Source: Selaginella moellendorffii
Taxonomy: Eukaryota > Plantae > Lycopodiophyta
Assembly (NCBI RefSeq): GCF_000143415.4
Contig: NW_003314287.1
Coordinates: forward strand, 332,203-396,202
Direction: 5' to 3'
DNA length: 64,000 nucleotides
The notes beneath the pieces were generated by a model. That model saw only the letters and a program-made list of their open reading frames with translations, had not been told where the DNA came from and ran no database searches. Both the position numbers and the translations under genes were made by a program. Shown here in pieces: positions 40,568 through 54,110 of this stretch. Position 1 is the stretch's first letter; every line of letters starts with the position of its first letter.

Positions 40568-43500
40568 GTTTAGCAAAAAGGTAAATAACAGTGTTGTGTT
40601 GCTAGGAGCAGGATCATCTTCTTCGCGGATGGCTTGCAATCAAGCTGATGAGGATCCAATTCAACTGGGTTGAGGAGGATCTGCACACATGATACGCTAG
40701 ACATACATGTGGACTTAGGGGAGGAAGAAAGTATGGAAAAGCACTTGGTATGGAGGAAATACTGGAAAACAAGTTCCAATGCTCGGGAACTGTTAAACTT
40801 AATTTTGACAGGTCAAGGGGACATATGAGTATCCCTCCGGATTACAGCTCCTGACATGAAATCCTCCAGTGTTTCGTGCAAGACTAAGGGAGTGAGTAAG
40901 GATGGCTTGGAAAAAAGTCAGTGAAGAAGGGGGATCCTGCCTTTGATTTTCCTTGGTCTTGTGTAAGTTGCTTTGTATTTCACCTTTCAGTTTAAAGACA
41001 GTGTCTCTTGCATATCACACTCTTCTCTATTGTTGCTCCTTCCTGGTACCTGTGGGATCAGTGTCATGAAGCTCTTTCTTAGTTTTCCTTTCTGAGGAGG
41101 AAAACTATTAAGTCAGTCAAAAGAATCTATGTGTTTTAGGGTGTTGTAAGACACAATTACTTCTTCACATTGAGGGTGAAATAAGAAAACAATGAGAATT
41201 CAAGTGAGAGACATTCCCTCACTTTCTCTCACTTTCCTTTTCTCTCCTAGAATCCCAAGCACTACCACTCTTGTGTGATCATCCTAAGATGCATAAGATA
41301 AGCATAATGCAAATTTGGATATTATGGATTTATCAGAGACACTATTCGTGTGTGGCAGACATTGCAAGATAACTGGATTAATGCAAGATACAGATGAGTT
41401 CATCAAGACAACTTCAGATGAGCACAATTGAAGTTTGTAAAGTTCAAAATGACATGAAGAGATGAGCAGAGGGTGGCAATGGATATGTTTGTGTGTAAAG
41501 TGTGAGTAGTGAGTTCTATGATTTGGAGTTTGCTTTTTGCTAATACCAGCTATTATGAGATTGATGTAGTGTCTTGTGTAAGTCAAATTCAAAATTATCT
41601 TCTCATTTTCTCTCAGCTATTTTACATGTATAGGTGTTCTTGGCATAACTATTGGCTAAACAAATTCTTGAGTGTTTAGTGATTTAGCAACAACTTTTCA
41701 ATAATCCTCCCACTTAGGGTTGATTCTAAAAAATGAGGTTACCAAGTTTTTGAAGAGATGGAGAATGACAATAGAGAAATGTGATGCTAAAGGTAATGGA
41801 CTAATCCTTCAACATCAACATGGCATATGTAGGTATCAAGTTTCTAAGCACAAAAGTGGCAAAAGGAAAGATGATGAATTATGTACAAAGATGCAAGACA
41901 AACCATCAAGTTAGCAACAACTAAAAATCAAAGCAACAAATGTGATTTATATTATTAGATATAATGCAAAACATCACGAATGAATGGACAAAATGTCATG
42001 TGGAACCAATGTCAAATCTGGTGATGCACAACCAAGTAAATTAGGTACTTCAATATAATTTTTTTTTATGTCACATTTATATCTTTTCTATTAAATGAAG
42101 GAAATACTTTGTTTCTTAGGTAAATATGAAAGTTCTAATGATGGATCATGTTACTTCTATATACAAATGAGTGATTGATGTTTTCTCGACACTCTCCCTG
42201 CAGAGCTCTCTCAGCCTGTCGTCGCCAACCACGGCCAACGAAGGCAGCAGTCGACGAGCTTGCCGTAATCAGCAGCCCTCGGGCAAGTCATACACGAGAT
42301 GGTATACGGTGGTGATGATGAGAACTCCAACTCGATCACGGCAAAAGCTCACTTGTCTTGGGTGATGAGCGTTTGCAAGCTCTGATCGCAACTCTTTCGC
42401 CCTGGCAAAGACAGTAGACGTGGCAGTATGACACAGTGCCAACGCACTTCCCAGATTGTAACACCCCATGTCACAACGTTTTGTCAGCTGGATTCGATTG
42501 GACTGGAGCTTCCAAGCCAAATTTGATAGATTGCCACTGCCAGAATCGCTGCTGCGCCTGCGCGACAGCCAAAGGGGCAAGAGAGACCCTGTTGTTTGGA
42601 GCTTTGCCTGTGCTCCCCTCTCTCTTTTTTTCTTTTCTTCTTGGGCAATGGGTGATGAGAAATTGGATTTGAGCCATACATTAACATCCACATTACCTAT
42701 ACGATCTTGCGACATTGGAGAGGGGCAAACCTGGATCAATGGGATTTAGGAGTTATATGCAAACAAGATTCGAAAGGAATCATTGAAAAACAATGCCTGG
42801 CCCTGTTGCTGCGATGCCTTACCACGAACGCCTTGAGTTGACACTACTACGTTGTCCGGAAGAGGTTCCCAGCAGTTGTCGGCCTCCTTTTTTGTGGACC
42901 CGTGATTCCACACCACCTTTTCCCCCTTTTTGAGCTAGCAATGCCCGCTCACAATTGCGATCGTTCGTCGGTTGATCCTGATACTAGCATTTGGGGCAAT
43001 TCGATCGATCGATGACACAAAGCTCACTGGAGATCCTGTGCTCCTCTGAAGAGAGGATAAAAAAAAATCAAGTCTTTAAAAGAAGAAACCACAAGGAAAA
43101 CAAAAAATTCCTAGAAACTCTGCTGTTCTAAGTGGGATGGAGATGGATCCAGTGAAAGAAAAGTGAAAAGGAACCAAAGCGAAGGGAAAGAACGCATTTT
43201 TACTTGAACACAGCTGCCGGCTTATCGATCGATCGACGACGAGGACGGTAAAATAGCCAAAAGAGAATGATCTGTCCATCGTCACGAACTGGGAGAGATC
43301 TGGAGGGAGTCTCCAATCCAAATCAGAGCAGTGAGAGCGAGCGAGGACAAATCTACGCACACCAATGTAGGAGCAAATCGAGAGAGAGGAGTGGGAGAGT
43401 GTCAAGAGGCAGGAAGTGTGCCAGGATCAACCGGCGAGTTGTTTATGTGAGATTGCAGGTGTTGTCAAGCCAGAACCGGAGGACGTGAGAGGAGCATGAG

Positions 43501-44255
43501 TCGTGTTTGAGAAGATTGTGTTGATAATGGATATTTGGGAAATTATTGGTGGTTAGGCGGAAACGGGAAGCCATTAGCTGGGGGAATATTTGGAGGTTGG
43601 AACAGACGAGTTTGGCTGCGAGCAATGGAGAGGGTAGGTAAAACATCAGCAGTTTGGAGCACCGAGGCAACATCCCAATGGAGACCGAGTAACCTGGAAT
43701 TTGCAGATTAGGCGCATGGTTCAACAGTTGAATATCCAGGTGGAGCAAATGGTCGCAACCACGTGTCCCACTTGTGGCCAAGCTTGGTACCGAGCCATGA
43801 GGGAGTTGCTCCAAGAACTGCTCGCGTCTAATCCCCTAGAACAACAGCAGGGAGAGAGTGGTATGAGTGAGAAGGGTATGAATAAAGAAGGGTTTTTTCC
43901 CTGTTATTTCCTGTGTTCCAGTCATGGTGTGAGTATGGACTACAAAATGGTGCGTTAGCCGGGAGCCTATCTCAAGTAGCACAGAAGGGGCAGCCGCCCC
44001 TGTGGAAAGAGGAGGCTGTTGAGCTGACACCTAGAATAGGAGTATTATCAATTCAGTTAGGAAATAAAAGAGAAGCAGAAGCAGAGTAGGAAAGAAAGAT
44101 ACCTGAAACGCAGGGAATCAAGTACCCCGTGGAATAGCCCAGAGAAACTGACACCGGAGCAGCCAGAAGGTTCGGAGGAAGAAGAGGAGTGGGGAAGGTT
44201 TCAGGACTCGCAACCCTCGGCACCCCCAGGTTCCCTGGAACCAGAAGTAGGGCCT

Positions 44256-46093
44256 TTGGTCTCGCCAAGTGGATCGGATTCATCAAAAACTGAGACAACC
44301 CCTCCGTCCTCTCCAACCCCTCAAGCCCCTCTTGTAACTGCAATGGCTCAACTAGCACTATCAGGAGGAAGGGAAAAATATTCAAAGTTCATGAACCTGA
44401 GCAATCTAGACTCTCACATCACAGCCTTTGAAGTAGTGAGCACGGCAAATCAAGAACAAGCAGACGCACTGCTGCTGAGATGGTTTCCAACAACACTCTC
44501 CAGACCAGCCATGGATTGGTATGCACAGGTGACGTCAGGTGTGGCACTGGCATTTGTGACCTGGGATGCAATGAAGAGGGCCTTTTTGACTCAGTTCTGA
44601 CCATTTGGGTTCAGCACCAGAATCACGGAGGAGCTCAACTTGATCCATTTGCTCCCGGGAGAGACCTACAGGATTACACCTGCAGATATTGAGCTCTCCT
44701 GCAGCGAAAGCACCCTGCGCCTCTTGCAGAAGATCAAGTGAGGTGTTACCTCAATGGCTTGCCATACGAAATCAGCTTTCATGTGAAGATTCATCGGCCA
44801 ACCGATCTCAATGCAGCGGTGGAGCATGTGGCTACCTGGGAGCAAGCGAGACTGGGATCAAGATCGTCGCTGACACCCGCGACTTACCCGAGTATGCTGG
44901 CAGGGGTGCAATACATGCCTGCGATGCAGACCACCCGTCTTCCAGCAGTGCCAGCAGCACCACCATTGTCCCTGCCAGTGACCAATTCCAATCTACAAGG
45001 TTTTGAGGCTCAGTTAGCCAAGGTGAAAGAAGACGTGGTCGAAACCCTCACCAAGCAGATGGCCAAGTTGCAGGTGAACCTAGTGAGGGGTCAAGGTGGT
45101 GTTCAGCCTCAAAAAGTGGTCGACAGGCCGGAAATCTGGTGCGTAAGGTGCAAGGGGTACGGGCATTACCCAAGTGAGTGTCTAAATCCCCAAGCAGCTC
45201 ATCCACAGTGTGGGTATTGTTGTTGAGCCAACCATACCACTGAGAATTGCTTTGCTCGGATGAGGGATATGCAGCAACTAGTTGGGCCCACTATCGCACA
45301 GCCCATCTACCCCACACTTCAGTCTTCAATGGAGGTTCCGAGCTATTACGCTCAACCCCAGTTACCGGCAGTGCAGCAGGTGTCATACCCAGTCTATGCC
45401 TTGGAGCCGACCCAACAATCCGGGCCTCGGCCACCATCCTAGTTTCCGGCAACCGGAGGTTGGGGTCAGAAGCCAAAATTGCAGATCATTTGCTACTGCT
45501 GCCACGAGCAAGGACACATCACACCGCACTGTCTGAATCCCTAGAAACATGAGGAGTATCGACCCATTTGTGGAATTTGTCAAACCCAGGGGCTACACAC
45601 ACAGGATCAGTGTCTATACCACTTGTAGAACACCAGTCAAGGAGTGAATCAACCACCGCCAGCAGCTGATCAGGGCAAGCGAGTGGTAGATAGTAAGGCG
45701 ATCTTTGTAGCGGCAGAGGATCTGCAAGAAGGAGCCGGCGTACCTACACTCAGTATGGAGACTCGAGCCAGATACAAGCAACAGGCACAAGGAGTGTACG
45801 GGGCAGATCCAAGCCAGGCTTTTGGTGAGGACTCGGAGGTGATCGCCAGGAGAAATCGCCGTGCCACCCGTGAGAAAAGAGTGGCGGAGTTTGCAGATCG
45901 CCAGTCAATGGAAGTGTCATTGGACGTTGGGAATGCTGGCGTGAACAGACCAGATGGTGCCATGCGCCCATCATTGCCAAGCCCTCAGGAGAAATCCAAT
46001 TTTGCTCAAGTCCTGAGAAAGCGGGATTGTCAAAGCCGATCAGGCTGCAGGATCAGATCCAAGAGGTGAGAGGCAGTGTGAATCCCTGGAGAG
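44256..46093 (+). mobile_element. Degenerate Ty3/gypsy gag (5' part, interrupted by the hAT element)
   Basis: Retrotrans_gag-like FPTTLSRPAMDWY..TWDAMKRAFLTQF; zinc knuckles WCVRCKGYGHYPSEC and CYCCHEQGHITPHC. Confidence 0.8.
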
Positions 46094-48708
46094 CAGTGTA
46101 TAATATTGACTGGTAAATACTGGTTTTTGGCCTTTTTTCTAGTCAAATACTAGTAATTTTAAGATCAATTATATCATAAACTTGTCATAGTGACTAGTAA
46201 ACGTCAAATACACTAGTCAAATAGTTATTTACTTTTCTATACAACAGGTCATACATATTCCAAAATTTATATGCATATACCTAATACATTATACATGTCA
46301 ATGTAAAATAAGGGCAAATGGGACAGAAGAGGCCGTGTGTGATGGGCTCAAGGCACGAAGAGGAGGACCAAGTCCTTATCACTGATATTTCTACTGGGTA
46401 AGTAGCATTTAGAAAAAATGCTAGCAACATTGCTTAGAGTGTGCTCTTTTTTTTATCATAGGAGTGTGGGGCAAAAGAAAAGGCAGAAAGTGAGTAAAAA
46501 GAGCCAAATTGACTCTTATTTCTCACTAGTTTCTTCATGGCCTTCTACTGTATCAACTAGTAGTCAACAACAGTCTCTTCTATCTCAAGATGCTCATCCA
46601 AGTGAGCCACATGCTAGTGATGATTAAATGAAGGTGCTTACTAGGAAATGGCGTGCTGAATGGGGTCTTGTGCATCCTTGGAGCAAGCTTGTGAGAGATC
46701 TATTAGAAGGATGAAGCTATAAAAAGGGCCTATGGACATTGCATGTGAAAAATGACTCAATGAAGAAGAGGAGAGAATTCTTCAGGTGATGAAGCTGGTT
46801 CACCACTTTGTGGTAGCAATTTTTCCATTGGACAGTATAGCTTCGGAGTTCCAGAATTCCGTCTACCAGAGGCGCCAAACTTTCCTATAGGCAGCGATTA
46901 TTCAGCATATGTCAATCCCGTAGCAGCACATGATTTCCTTGATGCAATTCAAGATGTGGTGCAACAAAGGCTCTTTGACAATATCAGGGAGAGTCTTTTC
47001 TTCTCAGTTTTGGTAGATGAAAGTACTGACCATGCCTGTGAACAGCATTTGATCATTTATATGGTCTACTTGCTTGGAGGGAAGGAGCTACACTGTGACT
47101 TTCTGAAGCTTCTACAAGTGTAGAATGGGACATCAGAATCGATCTTTGAAACACTACAAGGTTTGCTCTTGAACATGAATTTGAGAGTAGAGAACATGAT
47201 AGCCTGTGCTTCGAGTATGGTGGGCCGTAACACAGGTGTGGTCCAGAGGCTGAGAATGATTTGTCCCAAGATCATTGGTGTGCACTGCGTAGCTCACCGA
47301 GAGGCTCTTGCTGCCAAGGATGGCTTTACAACCAATCAACCAATCTTTGACGCCATCGACAAGCTAGCTCAAAAAATCAAGTCGTGGCTGGGGAAAAGCT
47401 CTTTAAGGCATAAAGAGCTAAAGGAGCTTTTACAGTCATATTGTCTTAAGGAGCTCATGATGTTCGTTGGCTATCTAGGGGAGAAGTGATGCAGTGGCTG
47501 GTGATAGCTATGCCTGCTTTGCTTGATCAGTGGAAAATTGCAGATAAAACTCAGTACTCCAGCCTCACGACCATTCAGGTATGGTTTTTTCTAGTTAAAA
47601 TTAGTGTAAGTTCTAATTTAAACTATCATTTTAGGTTCAGTTTTTTATTCATTTGCTAGCAGATGTTTTGGCTGAGCTGAACAAGTTGAACGTCCTTTTC
47701 CAAGCACAAATGACAAATTGCTTGGAGATTGTATCATTTCTAGATATGACAATTGAAACTTTGAAGGGGCACAAAGGATAGTGTGAATGGAGAGCTTTCT
47801 TATGTCAAGGCTGGAGGGGATAAGTCTGTACACAAGTTATAATACAAGCCAGTGGAGGTGAAGAACACTAGGATGTCAAGTGAACCTGCTCAATCTTCAA
47901 GTGTTGTTCCACTTGGTCTAGATTTGAATGCTCTAGGGACAGCTTTATTGCCAGCACCAACTCCAGGTTCAGTAGCAGATTGTGTGATCAAGGGCCAAGC
48001 TTATGTTCAAGCAACAGTGAACACGTTGAACACCTGTTTTCCAGATGTTACCTTCTTCAACAGCTTCAAGCTATTTAGACCAGTGTCATAGCCTCAAGAC
48101 TTTCAAGAGCGATCAACACTTACAAGAACATGGCTCAATCGGCTACTAGAGACAATCAACACTGATTCAACCATGGTGAATATTGTTGCTTGTAACAACA
48201 AACTTGATGATTTTACAGGGTTTTTAATGTGGAGCATTGGAAACAAAACAATGCATGATGCTTGGAGCTTCTGTAGCACAAATGAAAGATGGTGGAATAT
48301 GTTTCCAGGTATATATTTCTTATAAAATTTAACTTGCTTTATTATGGGTTTAATGAAGCTATTCCAACTTTGTATGGTTGTCCCGACAAATACTGCTTTA
48401 TGTGAGCAAGGGTTTTCATTGTAGAACAATACTAAATCGAAGACTAGAGCCTTATTAAAGCTACATATGTTAGATGCGCTAATGATGGTGAAACTCAATA
48501 GTGAAGATCCAAGAATTATAAATTGGCATGAAGTATTTAAGGTATGGAAGAATATGAAGCAGAGGCAACCTTACTATTGCTACTAGTTAGTTTTTTTATT
48601 TGTATTCAAATGACAATTTTAATTTACAAGCTCCTTGTCATGAAACTAGTAAAATAAAATTTTACTAGTCAAATTTTTTTTAAAGTAGCTGGTCAATATT
48701 AGACCCTG
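46094..48708 (+). mobile_element. hAT DNA transposon (ZNF862-like transposase), decayed
   Basis: 17-bp TIRs CAGTGTATAATATTGAC / CAGGGTCTAATATTGAC; 8-bp TSD CTGGAGAG/GTGGGGAG; FFSVLVDESTD, HCVAHREALA, PTNTALCEQGFS dimerisation motif. Confidence 0.9.
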
Positions 48709-48716
48709 GTGGGGAG

Positions 48717-49500
48717 AAGAAGACATTACCAGACGGTGCTCAACCTCGAGACCAAGCCATACGACATCCTCCACAATTTGGAGAATCAAAAGCCAAGCAT
48801 CACTTTTGCTCAGCTCTTGCAGCTGGCTCCAGGGTCACCATGGCTGTCAAGGAGCACCGGGAAGCAATTGTGAACGCAGCCTGGCCAATGATTGATCTGG
48901 ATACACCTGTGATTGATGCTAAGATTGTGGGCGAGAGGCTCTGAGAGTGTGTGATTGACAGGGGCTCAGCTATTAATGTGATGCTGGAGGCCATGGTATC
49001 CAAGTTGGAGCTGGATGCACCTACACCAATTCATTTCAAGGTCCGCATGGCAAATCAGTTGCGTTCCAAGCCAATCGGGGTCATTACGGGAGTGAAAACT
49101 GAGATTGCAAGTTTCACCTTCTTTGTCGATTACGTAGTGTTGAGAATGGAAGGAGGTACCCTGATGGATTACCTGGGAAGACCATGGCTGCGCCAGGCAC
49201 AGGTGGAACAGAGCTGGAGGACCGGTTTCATCACACTTGGGGATGGCAACAACACTTGAATGATTCAAGTTGCAATGAAGAGTAAATTGGTGGCGACTCT
49301 GATTGGACTGGAGGTTGATGCAGGGATGATGGTAGTGATACCACTTCTGGAATGGCCTCCGGACCGGAGGAAAACAATGTGTCGAGCATGATCAGCCAGT
49401 GCAGCTCTCTTGAGAATTGCTCATCAAGGGCATTCCAGTTACGAGCTGATGCATTGGTCACAAGGAGGTGAAGTCGGGCGTGGCATGTGGCATAGTGAAG
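48717..49500 (+). mobile_element. Continuation of the gypsy element after the hAT insertion: aspartic protease region
   Basis: CVIDRGSAINVM...DYVVL..LGRPWL. Confidence 0.8.
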
Positions 49501-49570
49501 GTGCAATATGAGGGGGAGATTGAGCAAGCTTGGGTTTTTCCTTGAGCACTTCTTTGGGTGGCCTCTTTGG

Positions 49571-50495
49571 CACCACTCGAGTCCATGCTTACTCCCACCC
49601 AAGGCCCCTCAGCCCTAGTCTCAACCTCAAGTCAGTTTGGAAGCACTACTGGAGAGTTCCTTCAAGACTAGTTCCTAGATGTCACTATCCCTACTATACT
49701 TTTGGAACCCCCCCCCGAACCCCCCCCCCCCCCCAAGGAGATACACGCTTTGGGCTTTCACCCGATGACTTGTGTTAATAATTGGACTTGGTCTTGGACT
49801 TGATCTCAATCTCAGACTCAATCTCAGACTCTATCTTGAACCCGACCTCGGACTCTGTCTCGGACTCCATCTCGGATCTCAAACTTGGTCTTGATTTTGG
49901 TCTTAGACTCGGTCTCAAACTTGGTCTCGGAGTCGGTCTTAGACTTGATTTTGGACTCGGTCTCAAAGTTGGTCTCGGACTCAATCTCGGACTTGGTCTC
50001 ATCCGATGAACTCTTTATCATTTTGGTCTTGCTTTCGAGGATCCTTTAGCCTTCAACATCTTAGGGAGTTGGTTCCTTACAACTAACTCCTTAAGATATC
50101 GTAGGCTAAAGGATCTATAAAATCACGACTGGAACGATAAAGAGTTCATCAATATTGAGTTTAAGATCAAGTTCGAACACCAACTCCGAGACCAAGTCAA
50201 GACCAAATTTGAGACCGAGTCGAAATCTGAGATTGGGTCCAGATCTAAGACCAAGTCCAAGATCAACTCCAAGACCAAGTCTGAATATTAATACAAATTA
50301 TGGGGTAAAAGCCTAAAATGATCGTTTCTTAGAGGGGGTGGGGGATTGGTTGTAGAAGGTTCCAAAAATATAGTAGAGATAATGAGGTCCAAGACCTAGT
50401 CTTGAAGGAATTCTCTAATAGTGCTTTCAACCGAGTTGAGGTTGGGATTGGGGGTTAATGGCCTTGGGTGGGAATGAGCATGGATTTGAGTGCTG
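49571..50495. repeat. About 0.9 kb imperfect palindrome (foldback) with a 6-nt spacer, containing degenerate hexamer (GGTCTC/GGACTC) arrays
   Basis: Left and right arms are reverse complements from the centre (50075-50080) out to both ends. Confidence 0.85.
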
Positions 50496-50899
50496 CGGGT
50501 GCGGACCATACTTGAGCTCATGAGTTGAGCTCAATTTTCAATTGTAAATTTAGTATAAACATTATAAACTTTAAAATTTTAAGTTTATGGCAAACCTAAT
50601 AATTTAATAACTCTCTATATATTATATAGATAAAAATGTTCTAAAAAACACTTTTTGTTATAATAATTTAAATATTTACTACATGCAATGATAGGGACAT
50701 TTGTTAGAACATAAAATAAAATATTTGCAAAAAGAGTATTCTTATCACTTCTTTAAATTTGTACTCTATACTTTCTAGCTAGTAAATATTAGGTTTGTCA
50801 GAATTAAAAAATTAAGATCAATGAGAGCTCACTACTCTCATAGAGTCTAACGAAACGCAAGGTGCAACCTGCCACCAAGCATAACGCTATAGAAGAAAG

Positions 50900-52380
50900 G
50901 CACAAGAGTCACCTTTTTTAGAAAAGCACAATGGCCACTTTTCTACACCAACTCCAGACTCTATCCAACTCAATTGCGTTAGCCCCAAAAGTCAGCATCC
51001 CTTTTGGGTTGCATCATACAAATTGCCTACTAAGGTTTAAGCCAACCAAAGTCAACTTGAACCCCTTCACTAGTTTGAAGAAAATTTATGGAAAATTTTC
51101 CATCCTAGAGAAAGAATGACTCTTAGTTTAGGAATACAAACTTTCAAGACTCAACCAGCTTCCTCCTACCAACAACTTCATATATGTTCACCTCAACACA
51201 GATTCTTATGACCGAATAGCATGCTTAAACATCGAATATCTTTGCCCATATAACCGACATCCAACACCATCTGCAAAATGCAAAGTGAACATCCAAGGCT
51301 TAATCACGAAAACCACATCTTTGGATATCCATATTGCACTAACACTTTTCTTCACTTTCAAGATCCAATGTTAAGCCAAAATACTAACAAGAAAAATGAC
51401 ATGGAAAATCAAGTTCTAAGGAAAAATTCCTCATCACTCGAAATAACAATGCCACTTCCACTAACACAAGTGCTAGTAATGTCAATGCCTCAACTACACA
51501 CCTTCTCCATCCAACAATCTACTCCAAGTGTTAATAGATCAACTGACAAGCTATAGCAAGTGAATGCTATAACCCTTTCCAACACCTTATGGGCAAATTC
51601 CCTAAGAAATAGGGTATTAACATAAGCTTAGCATAATGAACCACTATTGAGAATCCAATCAATGTTACTTCATATAAGTAGACTAGCTTTACCATCAACC
51701 ACTTTGGGGTTGATTATCATTTAACCAAGCAACTTCGTCAACACATTGCTCATTATCACATGGATATGATATAAAATCACAATGACTTGAGAGTAACACT
51801 ACGAGCAACACCCATGTCATTACTTCAAAGGTTTATGTGAGCATCAAGTGCCAACTCGATTTGACAAAATGTAATACAAATGTTACACTCTACCAATGGA
51901 GACTTACAACACCCAACACCACTAACTTTTGTTCACAACACAAACAAGCTCATACCACTTTTTTTTTGACCAAACTCAAAACTAATCTAACACCAAGCTA
52001 CTCAAGGAGCAATAGCAAAGTTCTTGGAAAAGAATTGAGCATTGTAACTCCAGTCTTCTAATAGCAAGCCTAGACAAAATAGTTTAGCGTTTCACCGCTA
52101 TCCATCCCAAGACTCACTATTTGTAAGACCACCATAACCAACATGCATCAAGGTAGGGATTCTTGATTGCGTAATGTGAACATGAGCAATGAGCTAACAC
52201 CTCGTTGCAAATCATCTCTCCAAGAGAAAATGATTTACGTGTTTGATTTTTTGTCCCTGACAACTCTTTTTTCAATCTTATCTTTGACTAAACCTCAAGT
52301 TTGCATTCACACTGCCTTCAGTCCAATCTAAGAAAAATTTATGAAAGAGCACAGCAATAATTACTTAAATCAATAGACTA
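50900..52380 (-). mobile_element. Highly decayed Ty1/copia gag-protease remnant
   Basis: Minus strand IDWILNSGS at about 51640-51665 (copia protease WxxDSG); otherwise riddled with stops. Confidence 0.4.
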
Positions 52381-52387
52381 ATCCCTA

Positions 52388-53060
52388 CGTAGTGCACCTT
52401 ATCTCTCTCCCTTTAAGCCAACTGAAAAAGGGACAATTGCTTGATAAGAAAGCCCTTAGTGGCTATTTTATCCCTATTTATCCCCCAAAATTTCAAGGAT
52501 TCATGGTGACAGTATATTCAAATCTCATCCCATGATCACATGCACTACACTCACCCCCCCTTCAGAGATATCAATGTCCTTATTGACTATTGACTAACAA
52601 CCCCTACTGAGCCAAGGGGAACCAGCACCTCCATTTCCGCACTCAATCTACCAATCCTTCCATTGTGTAGACTAGCTATTCCATGTAAGGTAACTAATCA
52701 TCCACCCGTATTGCAGTCCCATGATGGATACATTTGTCCATGGATGCTCCACCAAGAGGAAGGACGTACGCATGGATGCCCAATACATACGATTTTAAAT
52801 TTTAGGAGTAGGAATATACTTTATTCAAGGTATATTATATTTTTAAGTAGCCACTAATCAATGGGAATCAAATCTGTGCCATTTTCTCTGATACCACATG
52901 TAGCGCACCCTATCTCTCTTCCCTTAAGCTAACTAAAAAAAGGGCAATTGCTTGATAAGAAAGCCCTTAGTGGCTATTTTATCCCTATTTATCCCCTAAG
53001 GTTCCAAAGATCCACGGTGACAGTATATTCAAATCTCATCCCATGATCACATATGCTACA
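52388..53060 (-). mobile_element. TRIM (terminal-repeat retrotransposon in miniature)
   Basis: Two ~162-bp direct repeats (52388-52549, 52899-53060) with TG..CA ends; tRNA-iMet PBS TGGTATCAGAG at 52896-52886; PPT GAAGGGGGGGTGAG at about 52563-52550; ~350-bp non-coding interior. Confidence 0.88.
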
Positions 53061-54110
53061 CTGTGTCATAATTTCTTGATTGTCTTCAATTTCAGGTTGT
53101 TGCTGTTAATATGCCTTCAAGATTTGTGCTTCTTCATAGTCATTAAGACCTTCATTCGTATTGTTCAATGATGATTGGTTGAAATTTCTTTACGATCTTC
53201 TTTGCTATAGATGTGGGGATTCAAGGGGGTTCTTGATACTCTCCAAAGGTAATTGTGTTCTTCCGCTAGTATGTGACAATATCAGTTGTTTTAAGCCAAA
53301 TTTGCTTGAGGAGTACTTTATAGGAACTTTAATCTTTTGCCATTTTAAGCACGATAAAAGTTACCTAAACTTCTTGATACTTGATCTTGATAGGAATATT
53401 GCATATGATTCTTGATGGTTGTACACTTTAATTGTTAGTCATCTTGATGTTGAAGGTTGCAGGGTGGATTAGCCCAAGTCTCATTACTTTGCAGGTTGAA
53501 TACTTGATGATGTTAACACTTGTGTTGCCGTCAATGATTCCTTATGGAGCTTTGTTCTTTCCTATTATGATTAGAATGTATGGTACATCTTCATTGAAGT
53601 TGCTGGGTTGAATGGCAGTCTTGTGGGATGAAGAGTTGTTGGTCTTTCTCTTGATTTGAGTTGAATTTACTAATGGTGAAGTTTGACATAACTTGAGAAG
53701 TTGTTTTCTCAAGTATGGAGTGATATCCTTGCATTAGACCATTAGTATGCTAAAAGAGTGTCAAACTTATTTTGGCTCCATTTTGCAAGTTAGTTTTGGC
53801 ATTGGGATGTTGAATGCTCTAGGACTATTCCTATGTTGCTCTATATTTCTATCCTTTCACTCCTTAGGCTAAATGCTTAGAAATCATTCCATGCTCCAAT
53901 TCTTTCGCTCCTTAGTTACAAGCTTAGGAGTTTAGCTCCATTTCTTTATGCAATGGCCCAAAGCCCTGAAATTTGGGTTTGCTCCACTTCCCTTGGACAC
54001 ATAGCATGTGGCACATGAAGGGTTAAGGTTCCACTTTATGGTTACCCTATGGTAGACTAGGGATATATGCAGCTAGGTTTCCACTGGTTTCCAAGGTTAT
54101 CTCTATTTGC

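Noticed and set aside
42170-43000. GC-richer gene-like patch with several short ORFs
   Set aside because: I could not build a consistent spliced model or recognise a family, so it is left unannotated.
49775-50021. Repetitive ORFs (RPSLRPS.., LGLGLRL.., SETESE..)
   Set aside because: Translations of a degenerate hexamer array within the palindrome arm.
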